Positions 24,199 to 40,568 of a stretch of DNA of 64,000 nucleotides are shown one piece after another. The position numbers and the translations under genes were made by a program. Source of the stretch: Eledone cirrhosa (lineage: Eukaryota); the NCBI GenBank assembly GCA_964016885.1, contig CAXHJY010000051.1, positions 23,697 to 87,696 on the forward strand. The letters run 5' to 3'. The notes beneath the pieces were generated by a model. The model was not told the DNA's origin, searched no databases, and saw nothing but the letters and a program-made list of their open reading frames with translations. Each line of letters opens with the position of its first letter. The stretch's first letter is position 1.

Positions 24199-25140
24199 GA
24201 TACATATATATATACATATACATAGATACATATATATACATTTACATATATATACATATACATATATTTACATTTACATAAATATGCATATACATATATA
24301 TACATATATATGTATATATGTGTGTGTGTGTAAAATGTAATGTAATATATAACAATATCATACACTTCTCAAGATTAGATTGTTTAAAGATGCGAGATAC
24401 TGTATTTGTTGTATTGTTCTGGAAGATAGAGGGCGCAACAGTCGACCACACATGACGACTGTAAAAGGACACCTCTGTATTGGGCGTTAACACTAATACA
24501 GACTATATCTCATATAGAGACACATTGTATGTTATGATACGGTGTAGAGAATGTGACTGTGTCAAGGTGTGTGTGTGAGTGTGTGTGTGTGTCAGTGTGT
24601 GTGTCTGAAGGTGTGAGTGTATGAGTGGATGTGTGTGAGTGTGTGTCTGAAGGTGTGTGTGTGAGTGGATGTGTGGATGTGTGTGTGTGGATGTGTGTAT
24701 GTGAGTGGATGTGTGTGTGTGTGTGTGAGCGTGTGTGTGTGTGTGAGTGAGTGTATGTGTGTATTTGACTGTGTGAATGTAAGTGTGTGTGAGGAGGAGA
24801 GAGAGAATGTAAAATGATGGATTAGCTAGTTACGTTTATACATGTATGTATGTTATACACGTATGTGTGTTTGTATGTATGTTTGTATGCACGTTTGTAT
24901 GTATGTATGTTTGTATGTTTGTATGTTATGTATGTATGTCATGTTTGTATGTATGTTTGTATGTATGTTTGTATGTATGTTTGTATGTCTGTCTGTATGT
25001 ATGTCTGTATGTATGTATGTCTGTATGTATGTTTGTATGTTGTGTATGTATGTTTGTATGTATGTTTGTATGTATGTATGTATGTCTGTATGTATGTATG
25101 TCTGTATGTTTGTATGTTGTGTATGTATGTTTGTATGTAG
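23185..25140. repeat. (TA/CA)n, (GT)n and (GTAT)n arrays with a unique island at about 24355-24565
   Basis: Direct reading. Confidence 0.92.
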
Positions 25141-25762
25141 CGGAAGAACTCATAAGAGTCAACGGCCATCCAAAAGTGTGTAAATATGTATATACACATG
25201 TACCGTGCGATTAAACCACTGGGAGTGAAGGACCCTAGCCTTTGTCAGGGCATTCTTCTAGGAGAAGGCAACTCAGGAAACTGGGATAACTCCGATATAA
25301 AACCTGCGGCTCAGTAGTAACCAATGAGATTGGCTCAGTGCACAGTCTTTCCTCACTTTCAAAAATATCTTCATGCACAGGCATTGCACGGTAGAATTAA
25401 TTAATAATTATTAATAATGGTATATCTTGCGATGGCCATACTCGATAACGAGGGGGCAGCCATCATGTATGTATGTATGTATGTATGTATGTATGTATGT
25501 ATGTATGTATGTTCGTAGGTAGGTGTCAATATTTATGTATGTATGTAGATATGATTATGTACGTGTATATGTATACATGTATATATGCGTATATATGTAT
25601 ATGTAAATATATATAAGTGTGTGCATGTGTGTGTGTGTGTGTGAGAACATTAGAATACAATGATGATATATGTTAGTTTAACTCTTGAAACAGGAGGGAG
25701 GGAGCCTTAAAGTTTCAGATGTTAAACTCCTGATGGAAGATAGATGATACAAAAAGGTACGA

Positions 25763-25820
25763 GATGATTTCTCCCGAATGAAACTGTTCTAGTCCTGTAG
25801 AAGCCTTTTCTATATTAAAT
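25763..25820 (+). mobile_element. Family A fragment truncated within the hammerhead core
   Basis: gatgatttctcccgaatgaaactgttctagtcctgtagaagccttttctatattaaat, then (AT)n. Confidence 0.75.
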
Positions 25821-25839
25821 ATATATATATATACATATG

Positions 25840-25887
<48 letters not shown>

Positions 25888-25975
25888 CATACGTATATAT
25901 ATATATACATATGTACAAACACACATAAGGACTTCTGTCATCCTAATTTGTTATATACATTTGTGTGTGAGTGAA

Positions 25976-26005
<30 letters not shown>

Positions 26006-26010
<5 letters not shown>

Positions 26011-26060
26011 AAGTACGACCCCGACGGCAGAGCTCAAGCCGTTTCGACGGCTATTTCTGG
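26006..26060 (-). mobile_element. Family B single arm
   Basis: gaccccgacggcagagctcaagccgtttcgacggctatttctgg. Confidence 0.8.
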
Positions 26061-26064
26061 TGGA

Positions 26065-26105
26065 GTTTCACTTGTAAGAAATACTCACAAGATCATCAGA
26101 CAAAA
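26065..26105 (-). ncRNA. Partial hammerhead of another family, broken after GAAAC
   Basis: Minus strand CTGATGA-t-CTTGTGAG-tattt-CTTACAAG-t-GAAAC; stem III and cleavage site absent. Confidence 0.6.
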
Positions 26106-26339
26106 CTGAATATTCAACGACAGAGATTGAATAAATAAAGGGAAAACTAGAAGGCGGGGAGTGAAGTGGATAGGATGAAGGGGTGAGGGCTGTTAGAGGA
26201 GATAGGGGTTAGTAATAGGGATGGAGGTACATAAAAATATATGGTGAAAGAGGCAGGGACATGGGGTAGGGGAGAGTAGAGAGAAACTGACGGGGCGTGG
26301 CGAGGGAGGGGGGAGAATGTGGTGGGTGGATAGGGGAGA

Positions 26340-26670
26340 GAAGAGAAAAAAGAGAAAAACGTGAAAAAGAGAAAAAAGTGAAAAAATGTGAAAAAGAGAA
26401 AAAAGTGAAAAAAAGAGAAAAAAGTGAAAAAAAGAGAAAAAAGTGAAAAAAGAGAAAAAAGTGAAAAAAGAGAAAAAAGTGAAAAAAGAGAAAAAAGTGA
26501 AAAAAGAGGAAAAAGAGGAAAAAGAGGAAAGGAGAAGGAAATAAAAATAAAGAAAAGAAAGAAAAGAGACAAAAATATCAGAGAAAGAGAAATAAATAAA
26601 CAGAGACAAAAAGAGAGAGAGAGAAAGAGTGAGAGAGAGAGAGAGAGAAAGAGAGAGAAAGAGAGAAAGA

Positions 26671-26710
<40 letters not shown>
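26340..26710. repeat. A/G-rich 18-bp minisatellite (GTGAAAAAAGAGAAAAAA) and (GA)n
   Basis: Direct reading. Confidence 0.9.
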
Positions 26711-26711
<1 letters not shown>

Positions 26712-26866
26712 GGGGAAGTCCGGGTTAAATGGAATGTTGCCACGATGTTGCAGGTGTTTATAAGATGATGATGGTGGGTGGAGTCAATGAACTGGAACGG
26801 GGTCAGTGTGTGTCTGCAAATGGAATGCTGAAGAAACTGGTAGAATAATGTACATACACATATATG

Positions 26867-26912
<46 letters not shown>

Positions 26913-27027
26913 CATATGTTATTACTCGAAGGTGACACAACCTCATCGAGTGCTTTGCTGCACATTCCTAATTGTATATGGTTTGCTTGGCCACAGCCAA
27001 ACCTTCGATTTTACTAAATTTCCATTT

Positions 27028-30396
<3,369 letters not shown>

Positions 30397-30426
30397 TTAC
30401 TAAATATATACCTATATATCATATAT

Positions 30427-30700
30427 CGGGGTCGATAAAATAAGTACCAGTAATACACTGGGTAATTGCTGGCCTTGTGCCTAACGTAGAAACAATTATA
30501 TATATATATATGGCGGTGGACTGGCAGTATAGGTACAGGGTCGGACGCCATGCTTTGACGCATAGAGTTACGGCCCTTGCCATTCTGAGTTCAAATCCCG
30601 CCGAGGTTAACTTTGCCTTTAATCATTACGGGGTCGATAAAATAAAGTACCAGTAATGTACTGGGTAATTGCTGGCCTTGTGCCTAAAGTAAAAACAATT
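30427..30700 (+). mobile_element. SINE family 1: 3' fragment (30427-30499) plus full copy (30511-30700)
   Basis: Family consensus match. Confidence 0.9.
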
Positions 30701-30737
30701 ATATATATATATATATATTACATAATATATTATATAT

Positions 30738-31063
30738 GCTGGCACTCCGTCGGTTACGACGATGAGTGTTCCTGTTGCTGCGATCAATGGAACAACCTGC
30801 TCATGAAATTAACGTGCAAGTGGCTGAGCATTCCACAGACACGTGTATCCATAAAGTAGTTATCAGGGAGATTCAGCGAGAGTGACACTATGACGAGGGT
30901 AGCCCGGCGAAATACAAGCACAAATCCTGTTTGACCAGCTGAGTGAACTGGAACAAGGTGAAATAAATTGCCTTGCTCAAGGACACAATGCACCAACGGG
31001 ATTCGAACTCACGACCTAGCAATCGTTAGTGAAATAACCTAACCACTAAGCCATACGCCTTCA
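30738..31063 (-). mobile_element. SINE family 2, full-length
   Basis: Minus strand gaaggcgtatggcttagtggttagg (A box) .. gagttcgaatccc (B box) .. gtgtccttgagcaaggcaa. Confidence 0.85.
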
Positions 31064-31142
31064 CACAACACATTTAGACACACACACACACTATAGATAG
31101 ATATGTATATACACATATGTTCATAAATATATATATGTACCC

Positions 31143-31177
<35 letters not shown>

Positions 31178-31357
31178 TATATCCATACATATATACACAC
31201 ATACACATATATGAATACACACATATCCATACATATATACACACACATGAATACATACAGACACACACATATATATATATATATATGTATATATATAAAT
31301 ATATACACATATATTCATATAAATGAATAAATAAATATATTATATATATATATATAT

Positions 31358-31550
31358 ATAGGAAAAAGTAAGACCCCGACGGCAGAGCTCAATCCGTTTC
31401 GACGGCTATTTCTAGTCCAGAAATAGCCGTCGAAACGGCTTCAGCTCTGCCGTCGGTGCCTTACTTTTTCCTATTACCCACTCTACTACCCTAAGTATTG
31501 AGTACTCTGGTGCGTTATGGTCCATCTGGTTCCTTACCACAATTCTTTTG

Positions 31551-31553
<3 letters not shown>
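31358..31553 (+). mobile_element. Family B palindromic element with tail
   Basis: Inverted repeat 31358-31474; tail acccactctactaccctaagtattgagtac..ccttaccac; (TA)n flanks. Confidence 0.8.
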
Positions 31554-31587
<34 letters not shown>

Positions 31588-32007
31588 CATATATATATAT
31601 TCATACATATATAAATGAATAAATAAATATATTATATATATATATATATTATATATATATATATGTATATATATACTCACACACCTAAAACATATCTAGA
31701 CACCATTGGAAAGTGGTAGTATTTTAAACTAACCCCTGTAAAGAAAATGTCCCGCCTCTATCATCACATCTGAAATTTCATTGGTCTATTTCTCTCTAAT
31801 CTGATTGGTTGGTTGACAATGTCGTTAGTTTCATTTATCAAACATTTAGGGACCACATTTGCTGGGGATCTTTCTATAAGTAGGGAGCTAATGATGTAAA
31901 AGGGGGCGGTTGTGACTGCTGGATTGCCGAGGGATGTGATGATACAGAGCCAGCTGTCTTGTAGGAGGTGTTGTCATGGTTATATGTTGTTTGTTTTTTT
32001 TGTCATT

Positions 32008-32200
32008 GGTGATGGTGGTGGTGGTGATGATGATGATGGTGGTGGTGATGATGATGATGGTTGTCGTGGTGATGATGGTTGTGGTGGTGGTGTGGTTGTG
32101 GGTGTGGTGTTGGTCCTTTTGTCGTTGGTGATGGTGGTGATGATGGTGGTGATGGTGGTGGTGATGATGGTGATAATGATGGTGATGATGGTGCTGGTGG

Positions 32201-32231
<31 letters not shown>

Positions 32232-32775
32232 GGTGGTGATGATGGTGATAATGATGGTGATAATGATGGTGATAATGATGGTGATGGTGATGATGGTGCT
32301 GGTGGTGATGATGATGATGATGATGATGGTTGTCATGGTGGTGTGATTGTGGGTGTGGTGCCGCTCCTTATGATGGTGGTGTTGATTGATGATGGTGATG
32401 ATGGTGGTTGTCGTGGTATGTTGGTAATGGTTGTGGGTGCGGTGTTGATGATGACGATGATGGTGTTGGTGTTGGTGGTGATGATGATGATGGTTGTTGT
32501 TGTGGCATGTTGAAAGTGGTTGTGGGTGTGGTGTTGGTGGTGCTGGTGCTGGTGATGATGATTGTCGTGGTAGAATGTTGAGAGTGGTGGTGGATGTGGT
32601 GTTGCTCTTGATGATGATGGTGTTGGTGGTTATGGTGATGGTTGCCCTGGTGGTATGGTCCTAGTGGCGGTGGTGGCGGTGCAGGCGTTACTGTTGATGA
32701 TGATGGTATGTATGTTGATAGTGGTTTCGGCTGTGGTGGTCGTTGTGATACAGTTGTTGTTGTTGTTGTGATGGT
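32008..32775. repeat. (GAT/GGT/GTT)n trinucleotide array
   Basis: Direct reading. Confidence 0.92.
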
Positions 32776-33194
32776 AGGTATCACTGTTATAGAGGAGATG
32801 CTGAGTCGGTGCAAACAATTCTACCCAACTGAGGTCGATTTAATCGACTCCCCCCCCCCAATTCTTGGTCTTATGCCTAAATCAAAAACCATTATTAATT
32901 AGGTACTAGTAGTGTACTGGGGTGGATGGGTGGATACAATCAACTTTCCCCTTCTCCCAAAATGCTGGGCCTAGTGCCAAAACCTTTATTAATCCAGTTG
33001 GTTAATCAATCTATCAATTAATCTGGATTAACCAAATGGATTAATCGTGAGTTCGAGTCCAGGACCAAGAGGTATGTGTTAATTTCCCTTTGTTTCTCAT
33101 CATTGGAGACCTCAATCATTGAAACACCCGAGAAACCTTCCATGAGAGGCAAATAAATGCGAGCCCTAAATTTCATTTTTGATTTCATTATTCG

Positions 33195-33551
33195 GATTGG
33201 CAGTATCGATAGGGGGTCGGACGCCATACTTTGCAGCAAAGAGTTACAGTCCTTTATGGTCTGAGTTCAAATTCCGCTGAGGTTAACTTTGCCTTTCATC
33301 CTTACGAGGTCGATAAAATAAAGTACCAGTAATACACTGGGATAATTGTCGGCCTTGTGCCAGAAGTAGAAATAATCATTCGGTAGAGGGTTGGCCGCCA
33401 TGCTTTCTAGCACAGTTATGTCCCTTTACAGTCTGAGTTCAAATCCCGCCGAGGTTAACTTTGCCTTTCATCCTTACGGAGTCGATAAAATAAAGTACCA
33501 GTAATGTACTGGATAATTTGCTGGCCTTGTGCCAAAAGCAGAAACAGTTAT
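33195..33551 (+). mobile_element. Two head-to-tail SINE family 1 copies
   Basis: About 33195-33378 and 33380-33551. Confidence 0.9.
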
Positions 33552-33768
33552 TTTTGTTTTTCAAATCTTTATATAAAATTTCCACAGAAGATTTCAGTAA
33601 AGTGGAATTGTGAGAGGAGATTAAAATACATGTTTAGGGGCCTCCTTTCCTTATCTTTTTCTGTGTGAAGGGCATATAGAAAGTCGTGTTACCTCTTTGG
33701 AGGCTTTCTTTCCCTTTCTTACCCATAGCCCACTCGAAAACAATGATACACACACACACACACACATA

Positions 33769-33799
<31 letters not shown>

Positions 33800-33921
33800 A
33801 CAAGTATGTGAAAGGTAAACAGATAAGAACACAATCGGTAGAATATATGGAAGGAATATATTAGGTTAACGCTTGAAATAGCAGGGAGAATGGGAAATAA
33901 GATAGATTGAATGGACGGGCG

Positions 33922-34000
33922 GTATACACACTTTGATTACCTGTACAAGCAATATTTATTAGAATGCATTTGAAGTGTGTATATACACTTTTGAGGCCAC

Positions 34001-34004
<4 letters not shown>
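33922..34004. mobile_element. Mini-MITE, left end truncated
   Basis: gtatacacactttgattacctgtacaagcaatatttattagaatgc, as in the 18.6-kb copies. Confidence 0.75.
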
Positions 34005-34036
<32 letters not shown>

Positions 34037-34037
34037 C

Positions 34038-34182
34038 CCTATGGTTAAGGTGTTCGCTTCACAAGCACGTGGCTTCAGGCTCAGTTCAAATGCGCGGCAT
34101 TTAACGCAAGTCTCTTCTTCTATGGTTAGAAATTAATCAATGCCTTGTGACTGAAATTTGGTGGAAACAGCAGAATGCCATC
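34038..34182 (+). mobile_element. SINE family 3 (CORE-like), diverged
   Basis: tggttaaggtgttcgcttc head, gcaagtctcttcttctat core, gccttgtga..atttgg end; related to 40055-40181. Confidence 0.55.
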
Positions 34183-34192
34183 ATATATACAT

Positions 34193-34223
<31 letters not shown>

Positions 34224-34272
34224 CACACACACACACACATATATATACACACACACACACACACACATATGT

Positions 34273-34328
<56 letters not shown>

Positions 34329-34403
34329 GCACCCACATACATATATAGTAACGGCTACAAGACGGGAACAAATGTATTTAGTCATTGTGGACTTATCTAT
34401 ATG

Positions 34404-34441
<38 letters not shown>

Positions 34442-34558
34442 CGTCACACACGTACACACACACATATGTATATAGATATATACATACATAGATATACATA
34501 TATACATACATATATATATATACATACATACACACACACACATACACACACACACACA

Positions 34559-34600
<42 letters not shown>

Positions 34601-34926
34601 GGTTTGCAATGACTAAATACGTTTGTTAGCGCCATATAGTAGTTAGTTGTAGTAGTAGTAGTAGTAGTAGTAGTCGTGCAACGAGAGAAAAACTACCTCC
34701 GGCTTTTAGTCAGTCACCCCATCACAAACAACCAATCAGATCACAGCACAATTCCACCATTACACTACGTTACCAATCTAATAGATGACACCCATTTTTG
34801 GACCTTCCTACGTGTATGTCTAGTACCGTTCGCGTGCGCGAGCAGGCATACGATTGCTCACGCATACAAACTTATGTGTACGTATGTATGGATGTATGTG
34901 TATGTGTGTGTGTGTATATATATACA

Positions 34927-34957
<31 letters not shown>

Positions 34958-35072
34958 GTGTATATATATGTGTGTGTATATATATATATGTGTGTATATA
35001 TATATATGTGTATATATATATATATGTGTATATATATATATATGTGTATATATATATATGTGTATATATATA

Positions 35073-35135
<63 letters not shown>

Positions 35136-35250
35136 GTATATGTGTGAATATATATATGTGTGTGTGTGTGTGTACGTATGTATGAATGTGGGTGTATATA
35201 TATATATATATATGTATAAATGTGTGCGTTTAGATGTATGTGTTTATATA

Positions 35251-35285
<35 letters not shown>

Positions 35286-35387
35286 GTATGTGTTTATATA
35301 TATATATATATATATACAAAGATACATACACAGCCACATCTATCTCTCTCTCTCTATAAATATATATACATACATACATACACAGAC

Positions 35388-35512
<125 letters not shown>

Positions 35513-36039
35513 CATATACACAGACGCATCTATATATGTTGATACTGGATCTTCAGTGACTTTTCAACATTTCCCGTTCTACATCTTTTTTCTGTGAATC
35601 AGAATGAAACAGTTCTAATCTTGTATGAGCTATTTCTATACGATCACACACACACACACACATACACATACATTATACATACATACACACACACATATAT
35701 ATATATATATATAGTTTCATATATGAAACTATTATTATTAGAATGATACTCTGCCCTACGGTTAAGCCTCTACCTTTTCGATGGCAAATGGTTCAAGTCT
35801 ACGTATTCGAGGCCGCTGCTTTTGAATGGCTGGAGTGGAAATATGTATGTATGTACGTATATATATATATATATATATATACATACATACAAGTATGTGT
35901 TTATATATATAATTATATATTTATATATATATATATATATGTGTGTATATGTATATATATACATATGTGTATAAGTACATATATATATACATATGTGTAT
36001 ATGTATATATACATATACACATATATGTATATATACAGA

Positions 36040-36830
36040 CTACAGCCTTCCGTCTGCCATCCTGACCACAGGACCAGCCCATCACATCTGGTTTATATGC
36101 AACATCAGGTGTGAAAGAGGACCGATTGGTCTTTAGGATTTGTCGAATACACTGATGAAACCTTTCCAGCTGCCTGATGTGATGCCTGTAAGTTGTCCAC
36201 GTTTCACATCTGTCCTACAGGTCTGTAAGAAGACAGGCCCATACACAGAGAGCTTTGTGCATTTCATGATACCCCGATCTAACCAGACTAGCTTCTTAAG
36301 CTTCTCGAAGGCAAGCCACGCTTTCACAACCCTGTGATTTATTTCAGCATCGAAGCTATCATCTCTATTAAGTGTACTTACGAGATACACAAAGCTGTCC
36401 ACCATCCCAAGTCTTTTTCCCGCCTCATGGAAATGTAGGTCTCCACATACACATCCCCAACTGGTGGCATTGAAGTTCACTTTTGCTTTCATATTTTGAT
36501 GGAGGTTCTGAATATTCCAACAAATTCAGAAGGGCATCCAGGTTTCCCCAATATGACCCACAATGCACTACGATTAACAGTATCAAAGGTTTTGGTAAGG
36601 TTCTCAAATACTTCGTACAGAGGTATTCACTGTTCAACACGTTTCTCCATAATCTGACCAACTAAGAAAATCATGTCCACCGTACTCCACCCAGCTCTAA
36701 ATCAACACTGAGTCACGGGGAGGGCACAAGGGAAGATCCGTTTTATTAGACGATTAAGCAGGACCTTGGATAAGACTTTTGCTACCGATTCGACTTATAC
36801 CACGATAATCACCGCTTTCAGACTTGGAAC
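36040..36830 (-). mobile_element. RTE (BovB-like) LINE reverse-transcriptase region, degenerate and deleted
   Basis: VDSFVYLVSTLNRDDSFDAEINHRVVKAWLAFEKLKKLVW..RGI..CTKLSVY; upstream frameshifted TKTFDTVNRSALWVILGKPGCP. Confidence 0.85.
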
Positions 36831-37659
36831 CTTTGCCCTTGGAAATCGACATCAAAATTGCTTCTACGCAGTCTTGCGAGACAGGGTCACATGACATTGG
36901 TTTGTCCATCAGGCTGTCAAACTATCTAGGTGTCCATCAGTCTGACTACTTGCCAGTCAATCTCTTCTGCCTTTCTGTCAGTGTGTCTGTCTGTGTCTGT
37001 GTGTCTGTCTGTGTCTGTGTGTCTGTCTGTCTGTGTCTGTATGTCTGTGTGTCTCTGTCTGTGTCTGTATGTCTGTCTGTCTGTCTGTGTCTGTATTAAT
37101 AGAATCCTAAAGAGAGATAACTCGTCCCCTGTGTTATCCGGTCTTTACCGAAATATAGATTCACATCTACCAATAAAAGTTCTTTCTAATATAGAAACAA
37201 CTCATATTAATCTTCTTTGTAGGCGATGGATCTCCGTTGATTTCGACGATGATTATTCCAGTTTTTTCGACCAAGGGTACAGCCTGTTCATGAAATTAAC
37301 GCGTGATTGACAGAACATTCGACAACGTTATTCTCAACGAGATTCAACATGGCGTATAGTGTGTATGACAAGGATGACCCTTTGAACCACAAATATTTGC
37401 CGACGACCGAAATCTGAATGGAGAATGCAGCAAAGAATAACGAAATGAAATAGAAGCCATATTCTATTCCTCAACAGTCTATTGGTTTTAGAATACAATT
37501 TTGGTGAGTTCAGATATGGTGTGGAAACTGAGAAATGTAAGTATGATTCTCAGCAAAACGGTAAACGAATTGATTTATTCATTAATTTAAACGTCCGTAA
37601 GGAGTTAGTAAGCCATATCAGACTAGAGGTATCTCTAAAAAAATGTCTAAAGTTTTTTC

Positions 37660-37920
37660 TTAAGACTATAGGCTCCTCAGGTCGGTGTTATCTCGTTTCC
37701 CATGGCGTTAAGAGACTGACAGTACACCACCTCTCCCTCACCCACTAGGAGATAGCACTAGTACATTGCTGGGTTCAACACCCAGCAATTGCTCGTACTT
37801 ATTCTCAGCTGAGCAACGTGAAATGAAGTGTTTTGCTCAAGAACACAACAAAAAACCCAATCCAGGAATCGAACCCACGACATTATGAGCGTAGGTTCAA
37901 CGCCTTAACCACTAGGCCAC
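37660..37920 (-). mobile_element. SINE family 2 variant
   Basis: Minus strand gtggcctagtggttaagg..gggttcgattcc..gtgttcttgagcaaaacactt. Confidence 0.8.
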
Positions 37921-38054
37921 TGTATGATACTCCTTATAAATGTTGCTACTTTAGACGGCCATTTGATACCATTTGATAGTAGTGTAGGAAACTTCCCAGT
38001 GTGGGGAGGTATTGAAAAGAAGTGGAGGATACTTAATAGTGGAGGATGGGGACA

Positions 38055-38660
38055 TCACGTGACAGGAAGTAGATATAATGTGACAGAGGAAGTAGACATG
38101 TGACAGAGGAAGTAGATACCATGTGATACCAGAAGTAGACATGTGGCAGCTGTAGTAGACAACATGTGACAGAGGAAGTAAATATCATGTGACAGAGGAA
38201 GTAGACAACATGTGACAGGAAGTAGACAACATGTGACAGAGGAAGTAGATATCATGTGATACCAGAAGTAAACATGTGACAGCTGAAGTAGACATCATGT
38301 GACAGAGGAAGTAGATATCATGTGACAGAGGAAGTAGATATCATGTGACAGAGGAAGTAGATATCATGTGATACCAGAAGTAGATATCATGTGACAGAGG
38401 AAGTAGATATCATGTGACAGAGGAAGTAGATATTATGTGACAGAGGAAGTAGATATCATGTGATACCAGAAGTAGACATGTGACAGGAAGTAAATATCAT
38501 GTGACAGAGGAAGTAGATATCATGTGACAGAGGAAGTAGATATCATGTGACAGAGGAAGTAGATATCATGTGACAGAGGAAGTAGACATGTGACAGCTGA
38601 ATTGGACAACATGTGACAGAGGAAGTAGACATGTGAGAGTGGGCGTTGGACATCATGTGA
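38055..38660. repeat. About 23-bp minisatellite CATGTGACAGAGGAAGTAGATAT
   Basis: More than 20 variant units. Confidence 0.95.
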
Positions 38661-38724
38661 GAGTAGTGGTGGACATTTGACGGAGGTCATGGTGGTGGGG
38701 ATTTGACAGGTGATGTTATGTGAA

Positions 38725-39536
38725 CATTTGACAGATAAGGTGGGTATTTAACAGAGTTGATGTGGGTATTTGACAGAGTTGATGTGGGTATTTGACAGAG
38801 ATGAGGTGGGTATTTGACAGAGATGAGGTGGGTATTTGACAGAGATGAGGTGGGTATTTGACAGAGTTGAGGTGGGTATTTGACAGAGTTGAGGTGGGTA
38901 TTTGACAGAGTTGAGGTGGGTATTTGACAGAGTTGAGGTGGGTATTTGACAGAGATGAGGTGGGTATTTGACAGAGATGAGGTGGGTATTTGACAGATGA
39001 GGTGCGTATTTGACAGAGTTGAGGTGGGTATTTGACAGAGTTGAGGTGGGTATTTGACAGATGAGGTGGGTATTTGACAGAGTTGAGGTAGGTATTTGAC
39101 AGAGTTGAGGTGGGTATTTGACAGAGATGAGGTGGGTATTTGACAGAGCTGAGGTGGGTATTTGACAGATGAGGTGCGTATTTGACAGATGAGGTGGGTA
39201 TTTGACAGAGTTGAGGTGGGTATTTGACAGAGTTGAGGTGGGTATTTGACAGACGAGGTGGGTATTTGACAGAGTTGAGGTGGGTATTTGACAGAGTTGA
39301 GGTGGGTATTTGACAGAGTTGAGGTGGGTATTTGACAGAGATGAGGTGGGTATTTGACAGAGTTGAGGTGGGTATTTGACAGAGATGAGGTGGGTATTTG
39401 ACAGAGATGAGGTGGGTATTTGACAGAGATTAGGTGTGTATTTGACAATGTTGAGGTGGGTATTTGACAGTGTTGAGGTGGGTATTTGACAGATAGGTGG
39501 GTATTTGACAGAGTTGAGGTGGGTATTTGACAGATG
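38725..39536. repeat. 22-bp minisatellite GAGGTGGGTATTTGACAGAG(T/A)T
   Basis: More than 30 units; source of the 303-aa repeat ORF. Confidence 0.95.
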
Positions 39537-39672
39537 ATGATGGTAGTGGTCATTTGAGAATGGATATAATCATTTAATGGCGATGGTGCGGTGGGCAATG
39601 TCGGAGAATATTTAACAAAGATGGTGGATATAGAAAGTCTAATTCTCTCTCTGTATATATATATAGAATAAG

Positions 39673-39927
39673 AAAATGCGAAGTAGTTTCAGATGTTAAA
39701 GTCCGTTAATAATAATGTGGTGATACATATTTCAATGACGACAGTGGCCACACGATTCCGTGTACCCAGTTCCGTGACATCATCAGGCAGCTTCTTACAT
39801 AATAATGTTACGTCTGATGATGTCACGACACTGGATACACGGAATCGTGTGGCCACTGTCGTCATTGAAATATGTATCACAGCATTATCATTAACGGACT
39901 TTAACATCTGAAACTACTTCACATTTT
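39673..39927. mobile_element. Family E: about 114-bp-arm inverted repeat, each arm a hammerhead with a long stem II
   Basis: Arms 39673-39786 and 39814-39927. CTGATGA (39814) - hairpin ACGACA.TGG..ACACG-gaat-CGTGT..CCA.TGTCGT - GAAAT-atgt-ATC-ACAGC. The opposite arm has GCTGC before its core. Confidence 0.68.
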
Positions 39928-40054
39928 TCAAGACTGGTACCTATTTTGTCAAACTGCTCAGTCGCGGAACATAAACATAGACATAGGCACATACAAACAC
40001 ATAAACACATAAACACACATATATTTATCTATGAACGTAACGTACATACGAAGG

Positions 40055-40181
40055 AAGTCTGCATTGGTCAACCCAAGGTTTACAGTAAAACAAACACACT
40101 TGTCCAAATTGGTCTGCAGAGAGAATTAACCCTGAAACCTCGTATTTGCGAAGCGAACTCCTGACCACACAACCATGCCTG
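40055..40181 (-). mobile_element. SINE family 3, diverged
   Basis: Minus strand aggcatggttgtgtggtcaggagttcgcttc..ttggacaagtgt. Confidence 0.55.
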
Positions 40182-40536
40182 AACACACCTTCATTCAGAG
40201 TTCTCGTTATTGAATTCGACACAAGAGGCAACAGGAGGAGTAGGATGTGGTGGTGGTGGAGGAAGAGGAGGGGGGATGGTGAAAAAAGGAAGAGGAGAAG
40301 GAAGAGTTGAAGTGGGCAGTGTGAGTCAACTATATAGAAGTAGGTTAAGCAGTCTGTTGGGAGTTAAGTGTTTAGACAATGGTCACAACAACAACGTTGG
40401 GTCAATGACCTCTGTTACTAAAGATAAGCTGATAATACAAATTGATCTATTTGTTGTGATATTTTATGATATTTCTACTTACACACATATATATATATAT
40501 ATATATGTAGTCTTACACACACACACGCACGCACGC

Positions 40537-40568
<32 letters not shown>

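Noticed and set aside
25205-25460. RTE 5'-UTR-like segment (ctaggagaaggcaactc)
   Set aside because: Only a vague resemblance; boundaries and family cannot be supported from the sequence alone.
38687-39598. 303-aa repeat protein
   Set aside because: A 22-bp unit, not a multiple of 3, cycling through all frames; a minisatellite.
39689-39911. Mirror-image 72-aa ORFs on both strands
   Set aside because: A consequence of the DNA palindrome.
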